DNA of 64,000 nt, from assembly GCA_013820875.1 (NCBI GenBank), contig JACDHS010000008.1, positions 277-64,276 on the forward strand, given 5' to 3'. This stretch comes from Verrucomicrobiota bacterium. Its GTDB lineage: Bacteria > Verrucomicrobiota > Verrucomicrobiia > Limisphaerales > JACDHS01. The position numbers and the translations under genes are program-made. Positions 54,849-64,000 of the stretch are shown one piece after another. The notes under the pieces are model-generated. The model did no database searches, was not told the origin of the DNA, and was given only the letters and a program-made list of their open reading frames with translations. Each line of letters begins with the position of its first letter. Within the stretch, counting starts at the first letter, position 1.

Positions 54849-57800
54849 CTAATGACGGCTCTTTCGATTCCACAAAAACGAAAATATGCCAGCGACCGCT
54901 CCAACGGTGGCTCCGACTGCATTTGCCGCTACTTCAACAAAGGACCTCCTCGGTTTTGCTGGGTAAAACCGGTTTGTTTGGATGGGTGTTTTCCGGTCTT
55001 TGGCGCGTTCTGTCGCGTCTTCTCGCAAGCCCATCTGCAGCACTTGAGCGGTGTGCAATGCTTTGCGTCCGGCTAGTTGAGAGATCTGCTCACGGCAACT
55101 GAAACCATCGGCTATGACCAGAGTCGTTTCGTCGGCTTGGCGAACTCTCGGCAGCAGCACGCGTTCGCCACAGGCCACCGAAACATCATACTTTTCCTTC
55201 TCAAATCCGAACGATCCGGCCATGCCGCAACAACCAGAGTCGAGGATTTCAAAATCGAGCCCCATCTTCTCTAAAACTTTCTCCTCACAATGCATTTTCA
55301 TGATTGCCTTGTGATGGCAGTGGCCCTGGATGATGGCTTCGCGATGGAGCTTTGGAATCTGGAAGTGCGGCGCTTTCTTTTCTAAAAATTCACTGAGTGT
55401 GTAGGTGTTTTCTTGCAGCCGCCGCGCATCTTCCACCATGTGGAAAAGTCCACGTAATTCCTCGCGGAAAACAGAAACGCAACTCGGCTCCAAACCAACG
55501 ACGGGAATTCCTTCGGCAATTTCGTCGTGCAAGTTATCGAGCACCTGTTGCAACAGATGCTTCGCGGTTTTCAACATGCCGAAGTCGTAAAGTGGTCGGC
55601 CGCAACAAAGCATTTTCTCTGGAATGATGACATGGAAACCGGCCGCTTCCAAAACGGCAACGGCAGCTTTGCCAATATCAGGATGAAAAAAATTGGTGAA
55701 GGTATCGGGCCAAAGCAACACCTTCGCTTTTCCCTTGTTCCGTGGTGTGCGCTTTCCGAACCATGCGCGAAATGTTTCTTCCGCAAACTTCGGCATTTTG
55801 CGTTCGGGTGCAATTCCGCCGGAAACCTTCATCAACGAACTGAACGGTCTGGATTGCGTAAAGAAATTTGCAACTTTTGGCATTTGCGACGCCATTCGCG
55901 CCCACCAGTAAATCAGCCCCATTGCGTAAGCGCTGCTTGGGCGTAACCGGCCTTTGTAGTAATGTGCAAAAAATTCGGCTTTGTAGGTCGCCATGTCCAC
56001 ATGCACCGGGCAATCCGATTTGCACCCTTTGCAGGCAAGGCAAAGGTCGAGCGATTCTTTGACTTCGTCACTGCGCCAGCCACTTTTCAAAACATCGCCG
56101 TTCAGCATTTCCCAGAGCAATCGTGCGCGGCCACGAGTGGTGTGTTTTTCCTCTTTGGTCACCATGTAGCTGGGACACATTGTGCCATCTTCTTCGCGCC
56201 GACATTTTCCAACACCGACGCATCGTTCCATCGCATAAGGAAAACTGCCGTGATCATTCGGATATTTAAAATGCGTCTCGAGCTGTGGCGGATTGTAATC
56301 TGCACCGTATCGCAAATTTTCATCCACACGATACGGATGAACCACCTTGCGCGGGTTCATCTTGTTTTGCGGATCCCAGATCGCTTTGAACTCTTCAAAA
56401 GCTCGAACCATTTCGTGGCCGTACATAATAGGCATCATCTCGGCACGTGATTGCCCATCGCCATGCTCGCCGGAAAGTGACCCGCCATGGCTGACGACGA
56501 GGTGCGCGGCTTCATGCACAAAGTCGCGATACTTCTTGATGCCGTCTTTTGTCTTCAGGCCAAAATCGATTCGCGTGTGCACGCAACCACCCGCGAAATG
56601 GCCGTAGAGCGAGCAGGCGTATCCGTACTTGTTGAACAGTCCGCGCAGGTCACGAAGGTATTGACCAAGTTTCTCTGGCGGCACCGCTGAATCTTCCCAA
56701 CCTTCCCACGCGTCGTCATCAGGTCCGCGATGGGCCGTTGCCCCCAAACTCGACTCGCGAATTTCCCAAATTTTCTGCTGCTCTGATTGTTGTTTTAATA
56801 ATTTGATATTCGGAGAGTCGCCATTGCGCTTCAAAGCCTCGATCATTTCACGTGATTTCTCATCTGCTTCCCGGTGTGAGTCAGCGCCAATCTCAACCAG
56901 GAGCCATCCATTCCCTTCCGGCAGAATGGGAAGATCTTCGACGTGCAATCCGCGACTCCGCATGTTGTCGATCAACACATCATCGATTCCTTCAAGGCCC
57001 GTCGGCTTAAACTTCGAAATTTCAGCAACTGCATCGCCAGCCGTATAAATGTCGGGATAACCGAGTAACAACAAGTAAGTGACAGACGGTTTGTGCAACA
57101 GGTGAACGGTGGCTTGCAGAACGGTCGCGCAGGTTCCTTCCGTTCCAACAAGTGCCCGGGCCACATTGAAACCATTCTCGGGCAGCAACTGGTTCACTGC
57201 ATAGCCAGATACCTTTCGCGGCAACTTCGGAACGCGTTGACGGATCAAATCCGCGTACTTGTCGCGAAACGCTTTTAGATGCTTATAGATTTCAGCCGGC
57301 CGGCCACCGCGCCTGATAATTTCCGCAAATTGCAAATCGTTGGTCGGACCAACTGTCATCCGGCAGCCATCATAAGTAAGAATATCGAGTTCGACGACCT
57401 GGTCTGAAGTGCGCGCGCCATTCCCGTAAAATTGCCCCATTGCTGAATGCACACCGCAGGCGTTGTTGCCGATCATTCCCCCGATCGTGCACCACTGGTG
57501 GGTGGAGGGATCGGGGCCGAACCTTAACTGAAATGGTTTAGCCGCATCCTGGAGATGATCGAGGACCACCCCCGCCTGGACCCGGGCGAGCTTGCTCACA
57601 GGGTCGAGGTCAATGACTCGATTCATGTATTTAGAAAAATCGAGAATGACGGCGACGTTGCAGCATTGCCCGGCAAGGCTCGTTGCACCGCCGCGACAGG
57701 TAATCGGTGCGTCAAATTCGCGGCAAAGAGCCACTGTCTCGATTACATCTTCTTCGTCGTGCGGAATGATAATGCCAATGGGAACCTGCCGATAATTCGA

Positions 57801-57926
57801 ACTGTCGGTGGCGTAGAGCGCGCGACTGCCCTCATCGAAACGAACCTCACCTTTTATTTTACGACGAAGACGCGTTGCAAGAGCGTCAGCCTCGTTGCGT
57901 AGCGGTTTTTCAAAGCGCTGTTTCAC
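54849..57926 (-). CDS. FAD-linked oxidase with C-terminal Fe-S/CCG domains (YdiJ/GlcD-like)
   Basis: RGGATSLAGQ, GPDPST, GGMIGNNACG, SLSGEHGDG, CLACKGCKSDC, CCGRP, CCGMAGSFG. Confidence 0.92.
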   Translation of the reverse strand: MKQRFEKPLRNEADALATRLRRKIKGEVRFDEGSRALYATDSSNYRQVPIGIIIPHDEEDVIETVALCREFDAPITCRGGATSLAGQCCNVAVILDFSKYMNRVIDLDPVSKLARVQAGVVLDHLQDAAKPFQLRFGPDPSTHQWCTIGGMIGNNACGVHSAMGQFYGNGARTSDQVVELDILTYDGCRMTVGPTNDLQFAEIIRRGGRPAEIYKHLKAFRDKYADLIRQRVPKLPRKVSGYAVNQLLPENGFNVARALVGTEGTCATVLQATVHLLHKPSVTYLLLLGYPDIYTAGDAVAEISKFKPTGLEGIDDVLIDNMRSRGLHVEDLPILPEGNGWLLVEIGADSHREADEKSREMIEALKRNGDSPNIKLLKQQSEQQKIWEIRESSLGATAHRGPDDDAWEGWEDSAVPPEKLGQYLRDLRGLFNKYGYACSLYGHFAGGCVHTRIDFGLKTKDGIKKYRDFVHEAAHLVVSHGGSLSGEHGDGQSRAEMMPIMYGHEMVRAFEEFKAIWDPQNKMNPRKVVHPYRVDENLRYGADYNPPQLETHFKYPNDHGSFPYAMERCVGVGKCRREEDGTMCPSYMVTKEEKHTTRGRARLLWEMLNGDVLKSGWRSDEVKESLDLCLACKGCKSDCPVHVDMATYKAEFFAHYYKGRLRPSSAYAMGLIYWWARMASQMPKVANFFTQSRPFSSLMKVSGGIAPERKMPKFAEETFRAWFGKRTPRNKGKAKVLLWPDTFTNFFHPDIGKAAVAVLEAAGFHVIIPEKMLCCGRPLYDFGMLKTAKHLLQQVLDNLHDEIAEGIPVVGLEPSCVSVFREELRGLFHMVEDARRLQENTYTLSEFLEKKAPHFQIPKLHREAIIQGHCHHKAIMKMHCEEKVLEKMGLDFEILDSGCCGMAGSFGFEKEKYDVSVACGERVLLPRVRQADETTLVIADGFSCREQISQLAGRKALHTAQVLQMGLREDATERAKDRKTPIQTNRFYPAKPRRSFVEVAANAVGATVGAVAGIFSFLWNRKSRH

Positions 57927-58233
57927 GAGGTGTCATTCGTTAAGATGTTTCCCCCGCCTGATGGCTCTGGGCTTACGACGATCCTCCAGGGAATCAGTAT
58001 TGCGCCGCCGTGAAACGTACGCAAAGACGATGATGGCTAAGAGACACAAGAGAAGGACTGGAATTATCCAAGTTTGAAACATACACCGCCTTTCAACCAT
58101 TAAACCAAACGAAAGACTTCCTGAGCCTTTCCTCCTGCTCTTGTTCTATCCGAACCAAATGCCCCAGACGACCACGGTCGGGAAAAGCACCAATGGGATT
58201 AACCATGTGTGCAGTCATAAAACCGGCATCTCC

Positions 58234-59988
58234 TCAGATCAGTTCCCGCACTTTGTCTTCAAGGATTGTCGTCGCAATTTTCATACGCCTCGGTTGCCCT
58301 CGAGCGAGTGACTTGGCGAACTTGGCCGCTTGCGAGGCTTCGATTGTTGCGGGCATCGGCGGTTCAAATGGATCAACGACAGCCTCGACGATGACCGGTC
58401 CCGGAGTTGCTAAAGCTTCGTCCAAAATATCGCCGCATTCGGCAGGATCTTCGATGGTGAACCCGGTGCCACCGCAGGCCTCGGCGATTCCGACGAAATC
58501 GATCGGCTCCAACTCGCAGCCATATTCCGGGTTTCCGAGAAACACCATTTGCTCCCATTTGATCTGCCCGAGTGTGTTGTTTTTAATGATCACTACCTTG
58601 ATGGGAAGCTTGTATTTAACCGCGGTGACGAATTCGGACATTAGCATGGAGAATCCACCGTCGCCCACGAAGGCGATGCACTGGCGTTCGGGATGCGCGA
58701 TTTGAGCGGCAATCGTGTAGGGCAATCCGTTGGCCATTGTAGCGAGCGTGCCCGACAACGAATACATCTGCCCAGCCTTCACTTTCATTTGTCGCGCAAA
58801 CCAGGTGGCGATCGTGCCGCTATCACATGAGACAATGGCATTTTCCTGCAATCGCTTTCCGAGTTCCCATGCCACCACCTGAGGTTTCATCGGCATGTCC
58901 TGTCGAGTGCCGCGTTCTTCCATCAATTCCCACCAACTCTCCATTCCCTTCTGCGCTTCTTCCAGAAAATCGCTCTCCTTGTTCTTGCGCAGCAGCGGCA
59001 GCAATTTTTGCAACGTGCGTTTGGTGTCGCCCGCCAAACCAACTTCGATCGGGTAACGCAAACCAATTCGGGCAGGATCAATATCAATCTGCACGCCGCG
59101 CGCTTTCCCGGGCTTTGGTAGAAATTCGATATAGGGAAACGAGGTCCCAACCATCAAGAGCGTGTCACAATTTTCGATGGCCTCTTGCGACGGTTTAGTG
59201 CCGAGCAATCCAATCGTGCCGGTGGTGTACGGGCTGTCATCCGGAACACAGGCTTTGCCGAGTAGTGCCTTGATGATGGGTGCCTGCAGTTTTTCCGCGA
59301 GAGCAATCAACTCATCGCTAGCGTGGAGTGCGCCGCGTCCGGCGAGTATCGCAATTTGTTTACCGGAATTCAAAACCTCCGCCGCCCGAATCAAATCCTG
59401 ATCTGTCGGAAGACCAGCTCGTGACGCAAAGACATTTGTGTCCATTCCTTTGACGTTCCGCTTCGAGCGAAAACCAGACTTTACGGACTCCGACTGGGTA
59501 TCCACCGGGAAATTAATGTGAGCCACGCCGCGACGAGCGATGGCGGTGCGGCATGCCAGGTGAATGACATTCTCAACGTGCTCTGGTCCCATGATGCGCG
59601 TGTTGTAAACGGCGACATCCATAAAGACGCGATCCAGTGGGATGTCCTGTTGCGCATGGGTGTCGATCAGGTCGTGGTAATGATGCCCGGTGATCGCGAG
59701 CACCGGTTGCCCGTCGAATTTGGCATCATACAAACCATTCAGAAGATGAATGCCTCCGGGCCCGGAAGTGGCGAGGCAAACGCCAAGCTTCCCGGTGTAC
59801 TTCGCGTAACCGCATGCCATGAACGCTGCCGATTCCTCATGGCGCACCTGCACAAATTTTATTCTTTTCTTACATTTGCGCAGGGATTCCATAATCCCGT
59901 TGATGCCGTCGCCGGGGAGTCCAAAGATAACTTCAACGCCCCAATCACAAAGTGTTTCGACCAGAATATCTGCTGCTGTAATTGCCAT
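58234..59988 (-). CDS. ThDP/FAD-dependent pyruvate oxidase/dehydrogenase (PoxB-like)
   Basis: FGLPGDGIN, VRHEESAAF, SGPGGIHLLNGLYDA, GDGGF...NN ThDP motif; start reassigned to ATG 59988. Confidence 0.9.
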   Translation of the reverse strand: MAITAADILVETLCDWGVEVIFGLPGDGINGIMESLRKCKKRIKFVQVRHEESAAFMACGYAKYTGKLGVCLATSGPGGIHLLNGLYDAKFDGQPVLAITGHHYHDLIDTHAQQDIPLDRVFMDVAVYNTRIMGPEHVENVIHLACRTAIARRGVAHINFPVDTQSESVKSGFRSKRNVKGMDTNVFASRAGLPTDQDLIRAAEVLNSGKQIAILAGRGALHASDELIALAEKLQAPIIKALLGKACVPDDSPYTTGTIGLLGTKPSQEAIENCDTLLMVGTSFPYIEFLPKPGKARGVQIDIDPARIGLRYPIEVGLAGDTKRTLQKLLPLLRKNKESDFLEEAQKGMESWWELMEERGTRQDMPMKPQVVAWELGKRLQENAIVSCDSGTIATWFARQMKVKAGQMYSLSGTLATMANGLPYTIAAQIAHPERQCIAFVGDGGFSMLMSEFVTAVKYKLPIKVVIIKNNTLGQIKWEQMVFLGNPEYGCELEPIDFVGIAEACGGTGFTIEDPAECGDILDEALATPGPVIVEAVVDPFEPPMPATIEASQAAKFAKSLARGQPRRMKIATTILEDKVRELI

Positions 59989-60310
59989 GATTGCTCCTTT
60001 TAAACGGAAAAGCTGGTGACCGATGTTCAGAGTTAACGTCGGCATTGTTTGGGGGCTGGGCAACGCGCTTATCCCCTGATTCTCGGTTGGGGGGGAACCT
60101 CTTTCTGCACTTAAATACCGATAGGCCCTCAAGAGGTTGCCACATGGCTTGAGGCATCCGGAGTCAGTAAAAACCGCAGTTCTGTAAAGTGGTGAAAATG
60201 GAACGAAGCAGGCGTAAAGCCGCACACCTGATTCGGGAACAAACCGAGTTATTCTTTCTCGTCGACAGCCTTAAGGTTGTTCCTGAGGCAACTTCACTTC
60301 ACGGAGAGAA

Positions 60311-60787
60311 ATGGAACGACGAACTTTTTTACAAATTGCGATCGCCACAGGAGGGTTGGTCACCGCTGCAATTGTTGCAATTCCCGTCATCGGCACTGCA
60401 TTGTCGCCGGTGCTGCGACGAGAATCCGGCGAGTTGTGGCAGCCAATTGGCGCATTGGAAAATTTCCCGATCGGCCAAATGACGAGGGCAAACGTCACTG
60501 TTCCACGCGATGACTGGTCGCAAACGCTTCGTGAAAAAGGGCTGTATGTCCTGCGCTCATCCAATGCCGAACTGATCGTCTTCTCGCGCAACTGCACCGA
60601 CCTGAGCTGCCCGATTGTGTGGGACGAAGGGAGTAACTGCTTTTTCTGTCCGTGCCACGGTGGAATTTTTTCACGTCAAGGCGACCCGATGAAGGGTCCA
60701 CCTAAGCGGGCGCTTTACCGTTACGCAGCGCGTGTGCGCAATGACACTGTGGAAATCGATTTAAGATCAGTTCCGCCGATGGCTTAA
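60311..60787 (+). CDS. Rieske iron-sulfur subunit (QcrA/PetA-like) with CTDLSC box I
   Basis: Tat-like MERRTFL plus TM helix; CTDLSCP and CPCHGG boxes; GPPKRAL. Confidence 0.9.
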   Translation: MERRTFLQIAIATGGLVTAAIVAIPVIGTALSPVLRRESGELWQPIGALENFPIGQMTRANVTVPRDDWSQTLREKGLYVLRSSNAELIVFSRNCTDLSCPIVWDEGSNCFFCPCHGGIFSRQGDPMKGPPKRALYRYAARVRNDTVEIDLRSVPPMA

Positions 60788-60796
60788 GGAAAAACT

Positions 60797-62209
60797 ATGG
60801 CGAAACGATGGCGCACATGGATTTCGGATCGGTTCGGGTTGCGCCGGGTGTATGAAGGGACACTGAATCGCCGCGTCGCCAAGAGCTCATGGTATTACGG
60901 CGATGGCGCCACGCTGACATTTCTCCTGGGGGTGTTGGTGGTGACGGGAATGTTCATGTCGCTCACCTACACGCCATCGCCTGATGGCGCCTATGAAAGT
61001 ATTCGATTTATCACCGAAAAGCAGGTGCTCGGATGGTTTGTGCGCGGACTGCACTATTGGGCGGCGGGAATGATGGTGGTGATGCTCTTCTTCCATTTGT
61101 TCCGCCAGATCCTCGTCGGAGGCTACAAGTTTCCTCGCGAAGGCACATGGCTGATTGGAGTCATTCTTTTTTTCGCAATTATCCTCATGTCGTTCACCGG
61201 GTACTTGCTGCGATGGGATGAACGATCGATTTATGCGCTGAAGGTGGCGCAGCATATGTTCTCTCGTTTGCCGTGGATTGGAGAGAGTGTTGTCGTTTTT
61301 ATCCAGGGAGGAACGGAACCCGGCGCAACAACGTTGACCCGGCTCTACGCCGTTCACGTAATTTTTGTGCCGGTGCTGTTGGGACTTTTTGTCATCTGGC
61401 ACATCTACCTTGTCATTATTCACGGGGTCACTTCACAAGAGGAACGGAATCAACCCATTTATACCGCTTCGCAGCAACGTCAACTTTATCGAGCCCAGGC
61501 GCGTTCCCGTGAGAAAGGCGAAAACTTCTTCCCGATGACTGTCTTCAAATCGGGGCTCATGGCCACGATTGTTTTTGCGATCGTTCTGACGCTCACGCTC
61601 ACTCTCGGCCCGCAGCGCCTCTATCCAGAGGCTGATCTCACCACGATTTCACGACCCATTGAGGAATGGTGGTTCTATTGGTACAGCGGTTTGATCGCGC
61701 TTTTGCCAAATACGATTGCGCCCTGGTTCGTTGTCATTTTTCCGATCGTGCTGTTCATCATTCTGATCTTGCTGCCGTTCATCGACCGCAGCCCCTGGCG
61801 CGGTTTTAAAAAACGGTTGTGGCCGCCGATTGTCGTCGGGATTTGTGTCATCGGAATTCTTTACCTCACCGATTTGCGCAGGCGCTCCCCCTGGACAGGG
61901 TGGCCGGACTCTGAACCTCCACCAGTTCCCGCAGGCGTGGTATTGTCACCGGAAGCGGAGCAGGGCAGGCAGTTGTTCGCGCAATACGGCTGTAACAGTT
62001 GCCATCCGATTTCGGGTCACGGCCGAAAAGTGGCCGTTGATTTCGGGCAAATTGAACGACGCCTTTCGCAGGATTACATTCGCGACTACATCCTGCAGCC
62101 GCCTGAAGGCATTGCCATGCCGGGTTATCGGGGTCGGATGTCGGCACAAGATCTTGAGCGAATCGTCGAGTTCGTTCTCGTGGCCCAAACCTTTCCGCGC
62201 AGCCAATGA
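60797..62209 (+). CDS. Cytochrome b fused to a C-terminal cytochrome c
   Basis: YTPSPDGAYES, LHYWAA, FHLFR, TGYLLRWD, YAVH, IWH heme-b ligands; CNSCH...AMP heme-c. Confidence 0.93.
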   Translation: MAKRWRTWISDRFGLRRVYEGTLNRRVAKSSWYYGDGATLTFLLGVLVVTGMFMSLTYTPSPDGAYESIRFITEKQVLGWFVRGLHYWAAGMMVVMLFFHLFRQILVGGYKFPREGTWLIGVILFFAIILMSFTGYLLRWDERSIYALKVAQHMFSRLPWIGESVVVFIQGGTEPGATTLTRLYAVHVIFVPVLLGLFVIWHIYLVIIHGVTSQEERNQPIYTASQQRQLYRAQARSREKGENFFPMTVFKSGLMATIVFAIVLTLTLTLGPQRLYPEADLTTISRPIEEWWFYWYSGLIALLPNTIAPWFVVIFPIVLFIILILLPFIDRSPWRGFKKRLWPPIVVGICVIGILYLTDLRRRSPWTGWPDSEPPPVPAGVVLSPEAEQGRQLFAQYGCNSCHPISGHGRKVAVDFGQIERRLSQDYIRDYILQPPEGIAMPGYRGRMSAQDLERIVEFVLVAQTFPRSQ

Positions 62210-63195
62210 AAGCTCCGCAAATTCGAACGGCCATTGCGCTCATGACAGCCACGCTGTTGTGCGGCTGCGGCGGAGAACATTTTCAATCCGTGCTTCACCC
62301 GGCCAGTCCTGAAGCAGGCGAGATTTCCCGGCTCTGGTGGTTCATGCTCGCAGTTTGCGGCACCGTTTTTGTCATTGTCATTGCGCTTTTGATTGTTGCG
62401 ATTGGAAGGCGCGGCAATCGCAAGCCGCAGGCGCCAGGGGGCGACGCCAAATTCGTGTTGATCGGAGGGATGCTGATTCCGGGAATCATTTTGTTCGTGC
62501 TGCTCATTTACTCCATCAGCGCAAAGGTCGTGCTCACGGGCGACGAACGAAACCTCACCATTCAAGTGATTGGTCACCAATGGTGGTGGGAAGTGCGCTA
62601 TCCCAATCAGGACATCGTCATTGCGAACGAAATCTACATCCCGGTCGGCGAACCGGTTCGTCTTCAATTGAAATCCGCCGATGTGATTCACAGTTTTTGG
62701 GTGCCAAACCTGCACGGCAAAATGGACATGCTGCCGGAACACATCAACACGTTTTGGATTCGCGCCGACAAGCCCGGCGTATATCGCGGCCAATGCGCGG
62801 AATTCTGCGGCGCACAACATGCATGGATGGCTTTTGAAGTCGTTGCGCTTTCGACAAATGATTTTCAACAGTGGGTTTCTGAACGCCGCAAACTAGCCGT
62901 CGAACAGGTGGCATCCGCGGAACGCAAATTCTCCCACGAAGTCTATATGCGCGTCGGTTGCGGCCAGTGCCATGCGATAAAAGGCACTTCTGCCGTCGCA
63001 CAGATCGGCCCCGACCTCACGCACTTCGGCAGTCGCCGAACCATTGGCGCGGGTTTGATGACCAACAATACGGAGACCCTGACACGCTGGATTCTCGCTC
63101 CGCAAAAGATGAAACCCGGCAATCTCATGCCGCACACGAAACTGACCGATGAAGAACTTCAGGAACTGGTCGCTTATTTGACTTCATTGAAATGA
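62206..63195 (+). CDS. ctaC: Cytochrome c oxidase subunit II with cytochrome c domain (caa3-type)
   Basis: Lipoprotein signal (LLCGC), GHQWWW, DVIHSFWVP, CAEFCGAQHAWM CuA site, CGQCH. Confidence 0.94.
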   Translation: MKAPQIRTAIALMTATLLCGCGGEHFQSVLHPASPEAGEISRLWWFMLAVCGTVFVIVIALLIVAIGRRGNRKPQAPGGDAKFVLIGGMLIPGIILFVLLIYSISAKVVLTGDERNLTIQVIGHQWWWEVRYPNQDIVIANEIYIPVGEPVRLQLKSADVIHSFWVPNLHGKMDMLPEHINTFWIRADKPGVYRGQCAEFCGAQHAWMAFEVVALSTNDFQQWVSERRKLAVEQVASAERKFSHEVYMRVGCGQCHAIKGTSAVAQIGPDLTHFGSRRTIGAGLMTNNTETLTRWILAPQKMKPGNLMPHTKLTDEELQELVAYLTSLK

Positions 63196-64000
63196 CAACG
63201 CGCCCGTTAACCGAATTTGAGAAAACCTGGAGTCCGGGTGTCAGCCGGGCTGCGCGCTGGTTTGCGGTGGTTAACAACCAACCGCTCGGAAAACGTTACA
63301 TGCTGACTGCCTTCGTCTTTTTTACAATCGGCGGTGTTCTTGCCCTGCTGATGCGCGTTCAACTGACTGTTCCCGAAAACAACCTGATCGACCCGCACGT
63401 TTTCAATCAGCTCTTCACGATGCACGGCTCGACGATGATGTTTCTCTTTGCGGTGCCATTCCTGGAAGGACTCACGCTCTACATTCTGCCGATGATGATT
63501 GGTTCGCGCGACGTTGCCTTTCCGCGTCTCACCGCGTTCAGTTACTGGACCTACCTGTTTGGAGGGATCCTTTTCTATTCGAGCTTCCTGTTCGGAACCG
63601 TTCCGGATGCCGGATGGTTTGCCTATACGCCGCTTTCCGGGCCGCGCTATTCCGGCCTGGGCGTGGACTTCTGGCTGCTTGGTTTGAGCCTGGTAGAAAT
63701 CGCTGGAATCACTGCCGGCGTGGAAATCGTCGTCACGATTTTGAAGCTCCGGGCACCCGGCATGACGATCAGCCGCATGCCGCTCTTCGTCTGGGCGTTG
63801 CTTGTGACCGGCGTGATGATTTTGTTCGCCTTCACGACACTGCTCGTAGCCACGGTATTACTTGAGATGGATCGCTCAATCGGCACGCGATTCTTTGATT
63901 CTGCCGCCGGGGGAAACAGTCTGCTCTGGCAACATCTCTTCTGGTTCTTCGGCCACCCGGAAGTTTACATCATGTTCCTTCCGGCAACCGGCATCGTCTC
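63192..64000 (+). CDS. ctaD: Cytochrome c oxidase subunit I (partial, runs off the window)
   Basis: Own translation from ATG 63192: FTMHGSTMMFLF, GWFAYTPLS, WQHLFWFFGHPEVY; absent from the track because it has no stop in the window. Confidence 0.95.
   Translation, partial: MTTRPLTEFEKTWSPGVSRAARWFAVVNNQPLGKRYMLTAFVFFTIGGVLALLMRVQLTVPENNLIDPHVFNQLFTMHGSTMMFLFAVPFLEGLTLYILPMMIGSRDVAFPRLTAFSYWTYLFGGILFYSSFLFGTVPDAGWFAYTPLSGPRYSGLGVDFWLLGLSLVEIAGITAGVEIVVTILKLRAPGMTISRMPLFVWALLVTGVMILFAFTTLLVATVLLEMDRSIGTRFFDSAAGGNSLLWQHLFWFFGHPEVYIMFLPATGIV

Overview
Bacterial chromosomal window whose gene content and palindromic repeat style suggest Verrucomicrobiota/PVC (inference). Core genes include tRNA-Asn, glpK, ku, a malic enzyme, DUF1015, infC, DUF2851, a GldAFG-like ABC/DUF4340/AsmA operon and a LarA-like racemase. 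A long metabolic cluster carries NfeD/slipin, DUF362, an M24 peptidase, a GH1-like hydrolase, DUF296, an FAD/Fe-S oxidase and a PoxB-like enzyme, divergent from a Rieske-cytochrome b/c-caa3 oxidase operon that runs off the window. Four observations stand out. (1) An ~11 kb integrase-less island (13077-24057) is bounded by a duplicated DUF1015 3' end and starts with a RAYT transposase relic. It holds an integron-like array of toxin-antitoxin and REP cassettes separated by five ~80 bp direct repeats that are not attC sites but read as one 20-codon protein C-terminus. (2) Four unrelated non-coding arrays each have ~8 palindrome-centred units at a 41-43 bp period; three lie in or at the edge of accessory islands, and two of the loci share an ~90 bp element. 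(3) A C5-methyltransferase/ParB-HTH/unknown/Vsr operon has no recognisable restriction enzyme. (4) The respiratory operon has non-canonical catalytic residues (Rieske His-to-Asp, altered oxidase D-channel). All family calls come from motif recognition by eye; no searches were run.
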